From IMG/VR virus record IMGVR_UViG_3300031507_000007, positions 1-52,545 of that record: a stretch of 52,545 nucleotides of DNA. One strand, given 5' to 3'. The stretch comes from a virus. Both the position numbers and the translations under genes were made by a program. Numbering within the stretch: position 1 is the first letter of the stretch; every line of letters starts with the position of its first letter. This document shows, one piece after another, positions 32,350 through 39,365 of the stretch. The notes under the pieces are model-generated. The model was given only the letters and a program-made list of their open reading frames with translations, had not been told where the DNA came from and did not search any database.

Positions 32350-33590
32350 GGATCCCCATCACCGGCTCGCGCGCACACCGCGTCTGGAAGTGCCCGGCCA
32401 GCGCCGTCCTGCCCCAGGTAGACGAGGGTCCGCGCAACGAGCCCGCGCGTCGGCGCGGCAAGCAGATCCACGCGTACCTCGAGCGCGTGGCGGCCATCGG
32501 CGTGGATGCGGCGCTGGCGGAGCAGCCTGACGAGCTGTACCCGTTGCTGCGCGCGCTGGACCTCGACGAACTGCCGACCTGGCTCGCGACCGAGGTCGCC
32601 TTCGCGTGGGACTGGAAGGCGCGCACCGCGCGCGAGCTGGGGCGCAACCTCGACCGTGACTACACGGGGGTCGACTGGACGCGCGAGACCCCGGCGACGC
32701 TCGACATCGTGGGCTCGGCGATGGCGTCGCACGCCGGGCTGGTCAGCGACTACAAGAGCGGGCACTCGAAGTACCCGGCCCCGGACTACTTCGGGCAGAC
32801 GCTGCTCGGCGGGCTGTGCGCGCGCTCGGTCTACAAGCTCGAGAAGGTGGCGCTCGAGCTGATCCACATCCACGACGACGGCACGCACCACAAGGTGCGG
32901 CGCTGGGTCGGCGAGTTCGAACTCGACGCCTTCGAGGACGAGTGGGGAGCCGCAATGGAACTCGTCGACCACTGGGAGGCCGAATACGCCGCCGGACGAG
33001 GCGTCAACGTCAACGAGGGGCCGCACTGCGAGTATTGCCCCGCGTACAACCAGTGCCCCGCGAAGACGGCGCTGGTCCGCCAGCTCCCGGCCGAGCTGCG
33101 CGGGCTCGGGATCCAGGTCGGGCAGGATGAGGCCGGCGCGCCGGTGCTCCTGATCGAGCGCGGGAAGATCTCCATCCGCTCGGCGTCCGAGATGTGGATG
33201 GCGATCGAGCGCATCGAGGACGTGCTGTCCCGCGCCAAGCAGGAGATCATCGGGATCGCGGCGTTCGAGCCGATCCCGTTGCCCGACGGCCGGGTGATCG
33301 GCCGGCTACAGACCGAGCGGCGCGCGCTCGACGGGCGCATCGTCGCCGAGGTGCTGGACGCGCGCTACGGCCGCCAAGAGCGCGAGGCGACCGTGGAGCT
33401 CGAGTGCACCATGGATTCCCTGCGGCGTTGCGTGGTCCGCAACATCAAGCCGCACGAGAAGATCTCGACGAAGAAGCGGGACGGCGTCTTCGACCGCGTG
33501 CTCGAAGACATCGAGAGCAAGGGCGGCATCGTGATCAACTCGACCGACTCGATCAAGCCGCACGTCCCGAAGCGCCTGAAGTCGGGCTAG
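32346..33590 (+). CDS. PD-(D/E)xK exonuclease with a Cas4/AddB-type Cys cluster, partner of RecT
   Basis: GTG start in a GTGA overlap. WKCPAS, LVSDYKSG, QTLLGG and CEYCPAYNQC fit a four-Cys arrangement. About 165 aa of C-terminal extension. Confidence 0.7.
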   Translation: MRIPITGSRAHRVWKCPASAVLPQVDEGPRNEPARRRGKQIHAYLERVAAIGVDAALAEQPDELYPLLRALDLDELPTWLATEVAFAWDWKARTARELGRNLDRDYTGVDWTRETPATLDIVGSAMASHAGLVSDYKSGHSKYPAPDYFGQTLLGGLCARSVYKLEKVALELIHIHDDGTHHKVRRWVGEFELDAFEDEWGAAMELVDHWEAEYAAGRGVNVNEGPHCEYCPAYNQCPAKTALVRQLPAELRGLGIQVGQDEAGAPVLLIERGKISIRSASEMWMAIERIEDVLSRAKQEIIGIAAFEPIPLPDGRVIGRLQTERRALDGRIVAEVLDARYGRQEREATVELECTMDSLRRCVVRNIKPHEKISTKKRDGVFDRVLEDIESKGGIVINSTDSIKPHVPKRLKSG

Positions 33591-33904
33591 AACTCGGCGC
33601 CCGGGGTACCGATAACCACCGAGGTCTGATCGGGCGGCGTCGGGACGAATGCCTCCATCGTATCGGAGTGCGGCGTCGACCCGGCCGGCTGAGCCGTGAC
33701 GGTGACCGAGACGTTGCCGGCCGTCGGGGCCAGCGCGGTCAAGATGATCGAGCGGGCGTCTGCCGGGTCGACCACGGCGCCGACTTGGGATTGGTTCGCC
33801 GATGCCACGCTGGCGACGGCGGCCGAATCGACCTGGCCTAGCGAGTTGCGTACGACGAACGGGACGCGGCGGGACTTGCCGAACGTGATGGATGAAATCT
33901 GCAT
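33587..33904 (-). CDS. Stand-alone Ig-like (Big-type) domain protein candidate
   Basis: 105 aa with a beta-strand pattern: VVRNSLGQVDSAAVASVASANQSQVGAVVDPADARSIILTALAPTAGNVSVTVTA. Confidence 0.4.
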   Translation of the reverse strand: MQISSITFGKSRRVPFVVRNSLGQVDSAAVASVASANQSQVGAVVDPADARSIILTALAPTAGNVSVTVTAQPAGSTPHSDTMEAFVPTPPDQTSVVIGTPGAEF

Positions 33905-33943
33905 GGACCGGTGTTGCCCGATCCGCCCCCGCGCTGTCTGCAG

Positions 33944-34102
33944 CTATTTGCTGCCTACGACAAACGCCGTGTCCAGCTCTTCGATCACTAGTCGGTCAAG
34001 GTCGGAGATAGTCGGAGCAGGAACGCAGTAGATCAGCCAGCCTCCACCGTCGGCGACCGGCTCCAGCCAGCGGAGGTAGCCCTCGAAGAGGGTGGGCGGC
34101 AT
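33944..34102 (-). CDS. Hypothetical protein (52 aa)
   Basis: ATG 34102 inside ORF 33944..34387. MPPTLFEGYLRWLEPVADGGGWLIYC... Confidence 0.3.
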   Translation of the reverse strand: MPPTLFEGYLRWLEPVADGGGWLIYCVPAPTISDLDRLVIEELDTAFVVGSK

Positions 34103-34106
34103 GGCG

Positions 34107-34319
34107 TCACCCTGCCTTCGTGCGCGTGTATCCGGTGCCGCCGCACGCGGTGCAGTTGCGATCGGGCAGCGTGCCGTATGCCGCCGGCTCGCGGCACTCG
34201 CACTCGCCTGGCGACAGCGTGAACGGCGCGCATTCCTCGGTGAATCCGCCGTCTGGATCGGCATGATGCCATTCACCGTTGTTGCACCGTCGATGGATGC
34301 ATCCTCGTTCGCGCCCCAC
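34107..34319 (-). CDS. Cys-rich zinc-finger protein (70 aa) with a DnaJ-type CxxCxGxG motif
   Basis: GTG 34319, 4 nt after the upstream stop. CIHRRC...CECREP...CTACGGTG. Confidence 0.4.
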   Translation of the reverse strand: MGRERGCIHRRCNNGEWHHADPDGGFTEECAPFTLSPGECECREPAAYGTLPDRNCTACGGTGYTRTKAG

Positions 34320-34323
34320 CGGC

Positions 34324-34635
34324 CTACCCCTTCCCCTGGTCCGCCGTGCGGCGGGCGATGTCGGGCAGTGCCCCGACGTGGTGGCAACGCTGGTAGTCCT
34401 CATCGTCGCAGTCGTGCTCGCGATCGACTGCTCGGGCGCGGTGCTGTCGAATGATATCAAGCTCCTCCATGGTCAGCGTCCGCTCCGCGGCGAACGAGGC
34501 GAGGACGATCTCCATCTTGTCGATGATTCCGATCTCCAGATCGGTCGGCTGCAGGTTGGCCCGACGAGGCCCATCGAAGTGACTCCTGATGGCGCGCGCC
34601 TCGTCCTCGGTGATCTGAATAATCCTGATGTCCAT
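34324..34635 (-). CDS. Hypothetical acidic protein
   Basis: ATG 34635 inside ORF 34324..34656. Confidence 0.4.
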   Translation of the reverse strand: MDIRIIQITEDEARAIRSHFDGPRRANLQPTDLEIGIIDKMEIVLASFAAERTLTMEELDIIRQHRARAVDREHDCDDEDYQRCHHVGALPDIARRTADQGKG

Positions 34636-34639
34636 CGGA

Positions 34640-34894
34640 CTACTCGCTCCCTTCACGGCGGGCGTGGGCGATGAGCCTGGCGAACTCGCTGCGGATTCGG
34701 TCCTTGCTATCGTAGGGCGTCGTCTCAGAAAACAGAATGATTGACGCGTCGTTGACGATGCCCTTGCCGGCGCTGCCGCCCATCCACTGCTCGCGCCAGT
34801 GATCTCGCACGTACTCGCGAATCTGCTCGTCCGTCACCGGCTCCTGCCAGCCCTCCGGCGGACTCGCCGGGCCGTCGTTCTTCGTTGTTGTCAT
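34640..34894 (-). CDS. Hypothetical protein (84 aa)
   Basis: ATG 34894 inside ORF 34640..35038. The rest of that ORF is antisense to the tRNA. Confidence 0.45.
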   Translation of the reverse strand: MTTTKNDGPASPPEGWQEPVTDEQIREYVRDHWREQWMGGSAGKGIVNDASIILFSETTPYDSKDRIRSEFARLIAHARREGSE

Positions 34895-34909
34895 GGTCAA
34901 TCCTGGTTT

Positions 34910-34928
34910 GAGGTGTCGAAACTTGTGG
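34910..34928 (-). promoter_or_regulatory. Conserved upstream element, copy 1 (plus-strand GAGGTG-N4-AACTTGTGG)
   Basis: Plus strand reads gaggtgtcgaaacttgtgg. It lies 15 nt upstream of ATG 34894 on the coding (minus) strand. Confidence 0.5.
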
Positions 34929-34942
34929 CAGATCTCGTAGGG

Positions 34943-35014
34943 TGCACCGAGCAGGATTCGAACCTGCATCCGCCAGGTAGAAGCTGGCCGCTCTATCCAT
35001 TGAACTATCGGTGC
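34943..35014 (-). tRNA. tRNA-Arg (anticodon UCU)
   Basis: Folded manually. Acceptor GCACCGA/TCGGTGC, D arm GTTC/GAGC with a GG loop, anticodon arm GCCAG-CTTCTAC-CTGGC, T arm GCAGG-TTCGAAT-CCTGC, discriminator A. CCA is not encoded. Confidence 0.85.
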
Positions 35015-35048
35015 GTGGCGCAGAGGCCGGTGTAGCACGTTTCCGGTG

Positions 35049-35246
35049 TCAGAGGCCAGCTGCGATCGGAGGGCAGCATCCGCCCTCGGACACGCACCAC
35101 TGGCCCGCGCGCGTCTTGCGCTCGATCGTCACGCCGCCGCGCCGGCACAGCCAGACACGCTCCGTCCTGCGGTCGATCTTGAGGTCGCAGCAAGCCCCGG
35201 TCGAGAGGGTTCGCAGGTTGCGGAGCTCGGAGGGGGTGTAGCTCAC
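35049..35246 (-). CDS. Cys-containing hypothetical protein (65 aa)
   Basis: ORF track entry with a GTG start in a GTGA overlap. Confidence 0.4.
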   Translation of the reverse strand: MSYTPSELRNLRTLSTGACCDLKIDRRTERVWLCRRGGVTIERKTRAGQWCVSEGGCCPPIAAGL

Positions 35247-35425
35247 TTGACCTCGATGTTGGTGATCTCGACGCCCATCGCTCCTTCGAGCGCGGCGGAT
35301 TGGATGGATCCAGAGTCTAGCGCTCGACGAATGGCCTCAAATGCAGCGGAAAGGTCTCCGGTGCACGTGATCTCGATGCTGATCAGGTGCTCTTTGCGTG
35401 AGCGCTTGCGAGTAATGCGGGGCAT
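35243..35425 (-). CDS. Hypothetical protein (60 aa)
   Basis: ATG 35425 preceded by GGAGAA. Lies inside ORF 35243..35503. Confidence 0.45.
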   Translation of the reverse strand: MPRITRKRSRKEHLISIEITCTGDLSAAFEAIRRALDSGSIQSAALEGAMGVEITNIEVK

Positions 35426-35439
35426 GGGATTCTCCAGTA

Positions 35440-35459
35440 GAGGTGGGTGAACTTGTGGG
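35440..35459 (-). promoter_or_regulatory. Conserved upstream element, copy 2
   Basis: Plus strand reads gaggtgggtgaacttgtggg. It lies 14 nt upstream of ATG 35425. Confidence 0.5.
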
Positions 35460-35526
35460 CCTGGCTCATCAGTGCAGGTAGGCCGTGGCCTGCAGACCGG
35501 CAATGCCGGTTTCGCCTATGGGGTGT

Positions 35527-35745
35527 CTAGATTGGAACCCCGTCGAACATGTCGGACGGCAGGCTCGACCGGGTGATGCCGAGGTCACGGGCGCGATCGA
35601 GCAGCGAGGAATCGTCCAGCGAACCGGCGATGTCGCCTTCCATGTCCGCGGCACGGTACGCCGGCAGCGATGGCAGGCGACTGACAGCTGCGGTGCAGAG
35701 CGCGATCTTGATCTGGTAACGCTGGTATTTGTCCAGCGTCGGCAT
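35527..35745 (-). CDS. Hypothetical protein (72 aa)
   Basis: ATG 35745 shares 1 nt with the upstream TGA. Confidence 0.4.
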   Translation of the reverse strand: MPTLDKYQRYQIKIALCTAAVSRLPSLPAYRAADMEGDIAGSLDDSSLLDRARDLGITRSSLPSDMFDGVPI

Positions 35746-35981
35746 CACGGCTGCATCCCCAGGACGCGGAGGTCGCGCGGCCCCTCGCCTGCGGCCACCT
35801 CGCTCACAGCCGCCTCGATCCACTGCCGGTCACTGGCCCCGGCTGGTAGATGTGCCGGCCGAGGCCGCACGCCGAACACGCGGTCAGAGAGTCGCCAGGC
35901 CAGGCGGCACTGGCCCCCATCGAAGTAGAATCTAACCGTGGTGCCATCGCTCAATAGTGCTCGATACATAGTCGCATTCAT
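35745..35981 (-). CDS. Hypothetical protein (78 aa)
   Basis: ATG 35981 inside ORF 35745..36038. Confidence 0.45.
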   Translation of the reverse strand: MNATMYRALLSDGTTVRFYFDGGQCRLAWRLSDRVFGVRPRPAHLPAGASDRQWIEAAVSEVAAGEGPRDLRVLGMQP

Positions 35982-35994
35982 GTGGTTGTCCTTT

Positions 35995-36014
35995 GAGGTG
36001 CGTGAACTTGTGGG
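35995..36014 (-). promoter_or_regulatory. Conserved upstream element, copy 3
   Basis: Plus strand reads gaggtgcgtgaacttgtggg. It lies 13 nt upstream of ATG 35981. Confidence 0.5.
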
Positions 36015-36077
36015 ACACTTTGTCCGGCCAGCGGGCACCGCGAGGGTGCACGCTCGACGGGCACAGCGGCCCCAGCG

Positions 36078-36749
36078 CTACTCGGATTGGCGCTCCTCGA
36101 CCCACGCCAGCGACGCCTCGTCGGGCTCCTCGTAGGTCACCTCGGTAAGGCCCTGCTCCCCTGTGTCCATGCGCTGGGCCCACGTGTCCGTGTGGCGGCG
36201 CGCTCCGCAGTGACAGCAGACCTCGTCGATCGTGACGCCGCCGCCGTGGCCCCATACGCCTGGGTTATCGCCGATCCCGCCGACCAGCTCGATGGGCGAG
36301 CGCCAGTCGTGCTCATGCCCGGCGGCGCAGTCGGGCGCCTGGGGCGCGATGGTGACCGTGTGCTTGTCGTGCTGGGTGCCGTCGATACTGGAGACCCAGA
36401 CGTCGATGTAGATCGTTCCGTGGTCGGTGTCCCAGTCGGCTGAGCGGACGTCGACATCGATGCGGGCGTCCAGCTCGGACGGACGGCAGGTGATCGTGGT
36501 CTCCTCGCCGCCCTCGTAGCGGAGGGTGTACTCTCGCGGCTCGTCGCTCTTGCGCAGTGCCAAGCGGGCGGCGACGACAGCGTCATCGGCCGCGCGCGTG
36601 GCGAGGCTCGACGCGCACGAGCACTTGAGATCGTGGTCTGCATCGCAGGTCACGTCTTCCACCCACGCGTGCTCGGCGGTGGCGGCGGTGGCGATCGCAT
36701 CGGCAAGGGCGTAGGAGAATGGGGCATCTGGACGGATATAGGCGGTCAT
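36078..36749 (-). CDS. Hypothetical protein (223 aa) with His/Cys motifs
   Basis: ORF track entry. HEHDW...NPGVWGHGGGV...CCHCG. Confidence 0.5.
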   Translation of the reverse strand: MTAYIRPDAPFSYALADAIATAATAEHAWVEDVTCDADHDLKCSCASSLATRAADDAVVAARLALRKSDEPREYTLRYEGGEETTITCRPSELDARIDVDVRSADWDTDHGTIYIDVWVSSIDGTQHDKHTVTIAPQAPDCAAGHEHDWRSPIELVGGIGDNPGVWGHGGGVTIDEVCCHCGARRHTDTWAQRMDTGEQGLTEVTYEEPDEASLAWVEERQSE

Positions 36750-36764
36750 GGTCAGAGTCCTTTC

Positions 36765-36783
36765 GAGGTGCGGTAACTTGTTG
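36765..36783 (-). promoter_or_regulatory. Conserved upstream element, copy 4
   Basis: Plus strand reads gaggtgcggtaacttgttg. It lies 15 nt upstream of start 36749, within a 43-nt intergenic gap. Confidence 0.5.
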
Positions 36784-36792
36784 AGATGTGTA

Positions 36793-36999
36793 CTAGGCGA
36801 CTACGTGGAGGGCAGCGCCAACGTGGTAGTCTGGGTGAGCCTGCATGGCGCGCAGCGCCGCGGTGGTCGCCTCTGACCGGCGCCACGCCGCGTCGAGCAG
36901 ATGAGGCGATGGGTAGTCCGGCAGCGAGTCGACGAGCTTGACCTCGTCGCGCAGCGCCCGGCGGTAGACGCGGCGGAGGTCGGATAGGGAGGCGGACAT
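36793..36999 (-). CDS. Hypothetical protein (68 aa)
   Basis: ATG 36999 inside ORF 36793..37125. Confidence 0.4.
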   Translation of the reverse strand: MSASLSDLRRVYRRALRDEVKLVDSLPDYPSPHLLDAAWRRSEATTAALRAMQAHPDYHVGAALHVVA

Positions 37000-37001
37000 G
37001 G

Positions 37002-37415
37002 CTACTTGCCCTCCTGTGCGAGGCACACCGCGTTGAACTGCGGGCGCAGCGCGGCGTCCTCGCAGTCGGTCGAGCCGTCGGGTAGCGCGGCCTCGACGCA
37101 GGCATCGACCACAGCCTGCTCGCACGCCTCGACGGCCTTGGCAACCTTGGCCTTGGCCTTGGCGACCCGAGCGTTGGCGCGGGCCAGGGCGAGCGCCTGC
37201 TTGGCAGCGGCGACCTCGTCGTCGGGCAGCTCGGCGCCGCAGATGGCGCGGGCCTCGGTGAGGGACACCCCGCCGACCGGGCCGGTTCGCTCGTGGATGC
37301 AGCCGCGCATCCAGGCGCCGTCCGTCTTGCGAGCGTGGGGCTTGCGGTGCGAGCCGGCATCAGCGGCCGACGTGGTGGCGAGGAGCAGGGCGAGAGCGGC
37401 GATCAGGTTGCGCAT
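37002..37415 (-). CDS. Secreted Cys-containing protein (signal peptide)
   Basis: MRNLIAALALLLATTSAADA signal-like N-terminus. 137 aa. Confidence 0.5.
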   Translation of the reverse strand: MRNLIAALALLLATTSAADAGSHRKPHARKTDGAWMRGCIHERTGPVGGVSLTEARAICGAELPDDEVAAAKQALALARANARVAKAKAKVAKAVEACEQAVVDACVEAALPDGSTDCEDAALRPQFNAVCLAQEGK

Positions 37416-37438
37416 GGTCGGGTTCCTTCGGGGTTGGT
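37413..37438 (-). repeat. 26-nt start-codon-plus-leader block, copy 1 (identical to 38355..38380)
   Basis: catggtcgggttccttcggggttggt, read at both loci. Confidence 0.85.
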
Positions 37439-37502
37439 GGGACGGGATGTCCGGCGAGGGTCGAGGCGAACTCGGCCGCCGACGGGCACACAGGCCCTGG
37501 TG

Positions 37503-38003
37503 CTACAGGCGGACCGCGTCGGCCTCTCTGGGGCAAGCGGCCTGGAAGGCCCGACCCGTGGAGCGGCGGATGTCCGCGTCGCGGTATCGGGCCGACACCA
37601 GCTCGTAGGCGTCGGTGCCGTGCTGCAGGATCCCGGCGGCCACCGCGTCTTGGCGGGCCAGCCACAGCATAGAGGCGCATGCCGACCATGCCTCCACGGA
37701 GCGAGGCCGGCGCGCGTAGCCGGCGTATGCCGCCATGGCGATGGACAGAGCGCGATGCGCGGCAGCGGCAGGCGACTCGACCACGAGCCGGGTCACCAGT
37801 TTGCCGCACTGGTCGCGGACGGCGGTGCCGTGCCAGAGCCCGGGCGCCTCGGCATGCTGCGCCTGGATTGCGGCGCGGACGGCCGCATCGGGTGCGGTGT
37901 CCTCGGGGTCCGTGGGGTCGACTGCGCCGGAACAGTAGCAGTGCACGATGGTGCGGCCGGAGGTCATGCGGATGAGGTACTCGCTGATGGTCTTGGTGGT
38001 CAT
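37503..38003 (-). CDS. Hypothetical protein (166 aa)
   Basis: ORF track entry with high GC3. Confidence 0.45.
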   Translation of the reverse strand: MTTKTISEYLIRMTSGRTIVHCYCSGAVDPTDPEDTAPDAAVRAAIQAQHAEAPGLWHGTAVRDQCGKLVTRLVVESPAAAAHRALSIAMAAYAGYARRPRSVEAWSACASMLWLARQDAVAAGILQHGTDAYELVSARYRDADIRRSTGRAFQAACPREADAVRL

Positions 38004-38012
38004 GGTCGTGTC

Positions 38013-38183
38013 CTATCGGGTGGTGGGTTGGTAGGTGGCCAGGATGAGCGCGGAATCGCGCAAGGAGCAGCGCCACCAGCCGTCCTGGAAGCGGTCCATG
38101 TCGAGGATGGCCTCGACCAAGTCGGCCTGGGTGTCGCAGTCCACGGTGACGGTGAGCGGGGCGAGTCGGTGGTAGTGCAGCAT
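38013..38183 (-). CDS. Hypothetical protein (56 aa)
   Basis: Read manually: MLHYHRLAPLTVTVDCDTQADLVEAILDMDRFQDGWWRCSLRDSALILATYQPTTR. Preferred over the Pro/Arg-rich ORF 38000..38224. Confidence 0.35.
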   Translation of the reverse strand: MLHYHRLAPLTVTVDCDTQADLVEAILDMDRFQDGWWRCSLRDSALILATYQPTTR

Positions 38184-38204
38184 GGCGATCTCCTGAGTCG
38201 GGGG

Positions 38205-38357
38205 TTACAGGGACAGGGCTGCAAGGCGAGCCGCGTTGCGAGCGCGGCGGACCGCGTCCTCGTCCGACCAGCGGGCCAAGAGAGCGGCCTGGGCCTCCAT
38301 GACCTGGAAGGCGGACATCGAGGCGAATCGGCTGGTCGGGGCGAGGGTGGTCGGCAT
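38205..38357 (-). CDS. Hypothetical protein (50 aa), first gene of the leftward early cluster
   Basis: ATG 38357 inside ORF 38205..38474, preceded by GAAGGAAC. Confidence 0.4.
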   Translation of the reverse strand: MPTTLAPTSRFASMSAFQVMEAQAALLARWSDEDAVRRARNAARLAALSL

Positions 38358-38380
38358 GGTCGGGTTCCTTCGGGGTTGGT
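38355..38380 (-). repeat. 26-nt start-codon-plus-leader block, copy 2
   Basis: Identical to 37413..37438. Confidence 0.85.
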
Positions 38381-38515
38381 CTAGCCGGCGATTTTCGACC
38401 GGCGAGAATTCTCTCTGCGGGATCCGGGCCAAAATTTTCATACCGCGATGCGATGGGGTATACTCCAGTATCACAGCTAGTTGAACTTCGGGATACTCGG
38501 CTGGATCGCGCGCGA

Positions 38516-38550
38516 CCGTGAATTTTCTGCCACACCAGCCGTGAATTTTC
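38516..38550. repeat. Two perfect 12-nt direct repeats CCGTGAATTTTC (period 23 nt)
   Basis: Read at 38516..38527 and 38539..38550. Confidence 0.85.
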
Positions 38551-38557
38551 GGCTCAT

Positions 38558-38599
38558 GGGTGAAAATCTACCCGGGTGATCCTGGGTGATTTCCTACCC
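38558..38599. repeat. Two 16-nt imperfect direct repeats GGGTGA-N4-CTACCC, with a third GGGTGA between them
   Basis: gggtgaaaatctaccc at 38558..38573 and gggtgatttcctaccc at 38584..38599. The extra GGGTGA is at 38574..38579. Confidence 0.8.
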
Positions 38600-39253
38600 G
38601 CATCGCACGCGATCCCCCGTACCCCCAGGATCGCGCCTATGCGCCCGTGGGCGCGGGCGTCTTGCACTGCCTGCCCGCGGGCGGCCGCGCATGTGTGTGC
38701 GTGAGCGCGATCTATAGAGCTGGCCCGTGTTCGGTAAACGGGGGTGCTTGGCTGGAGTTACTGTCTGGTCAGCGACGGTAATGCGCGAGCTCGAGCGTGT
38801 TCGGCATCGATCGCGTGAGTGCTCTCTCGCGCGCGAATACGTGAGCGCGCGTACACATGCGCGCGCGTTTAATGTGGGGCGGGGGGAGAGACAGCTGAAG
38901 CGTTTTTTCCCCAGCAAACTGTATTCTGGACCACAGGAAGCTCCTCCGATCGGACAGACCTGTCTGATCTGTCCAAAAAGCGGCCTAGAATGGCCCAGGA
39001 CGTTTCCGGGGTACCTAGGTGGCGCCCTACCGGATTGAACGCGCTACAGCGCAAGCCATTGCGGTTTTCTGGCCAACTGTGGACCTCGGATCCTGGTCAG
39101 GTGGAGGTCTGCGGTCATCCGTTCAGAAAATGATAGGCTATCACTTACCACATTTTTTTTCTCCTCTCTCCTTCTTATCCATCCCCCTTTCAGGGGATGG
39201 AATAAGAGGAGATCTATAAGGCAAGCATGTAACTATAGTGCCAACGTGTGAAC

Positions 39254-39324
39254 TTGTTGTAAGTGCCCCCGGTAAAAAACGCCTTGTTGCACCTTGTAGA
39301 TTGATTAGAAATTGTTTACAACAA
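39254..39324. promoter_or_regulatory. Operator-like CTTGT(T/A)G half-sites, including the 9-bp inverted repeat TTGTTGTAA / TTACAACAA, upstream of the XRE gene
   Basis: TTGTTGTAA at 39254..39262 and TTACAACAA at 39316..39324. Extra CTTGTTG at 39283..39289 and CTTGTAG at 39293..39299. Confidence 0.45.
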
Positions 39325-39365
39325 CGTCCCGATAGTTATCCCACTCTAGTCATTGAGGTTACAGC

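Larger units (their letters stand above)
38381..39365. other. About 1-kb gene-free control region between the divergent early clusters (candidate origin, operators or ncRNA)
   Basis: Only Arg/Ser-rich low-quality ORFs on either strand. Contains repeats, hairpins, AT-rich patches and a pyrimidine tract. Confidence 0.6.

Noticed and set aside
34943-35014. tRNA as an attP or integration-site remnant
   Set aside because: Both tRNAs are full-length cloverleaves rather than 3' fragments, and no integrase gene is recognisable anywhere in the genome.
34910-36783. Reading the repeated motif on the plus strand as an ECF-sigma type -35 box (GAACTT) driving rightward transcripts
   Set aside because: There is no conserved -10 at 16-17 nt in the four copies. 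Transcripts would be antisense to all local genes and to the tRNA. The fixed 13-15 nt distance to minus-strand start codons argues that the element works on the minus strand.
39153-39200. T8 / pyrimidine tract plus hairpin CCATCCCC-CTTTCA-GGGGATGG as an intrinsic terminator
   Set aside because: The T-run precedes the hairpin on the plus strand. On the minus strand the hairpin is followed by an A-rich tract. Neither orientation fits a terminator, so it is kept only as a structural feature of the control region.
38594-39219. ORF-track entries 38594..38917 (-), 38727..39038 (+) and 39019..39219 (+) in the control region
   Set aside because: They lack GC3 bias, a ribosome-binding site or coupling context, and are rich in Arg/Ser/Cys with no recognisable motif. 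The region is treated as non-coding.
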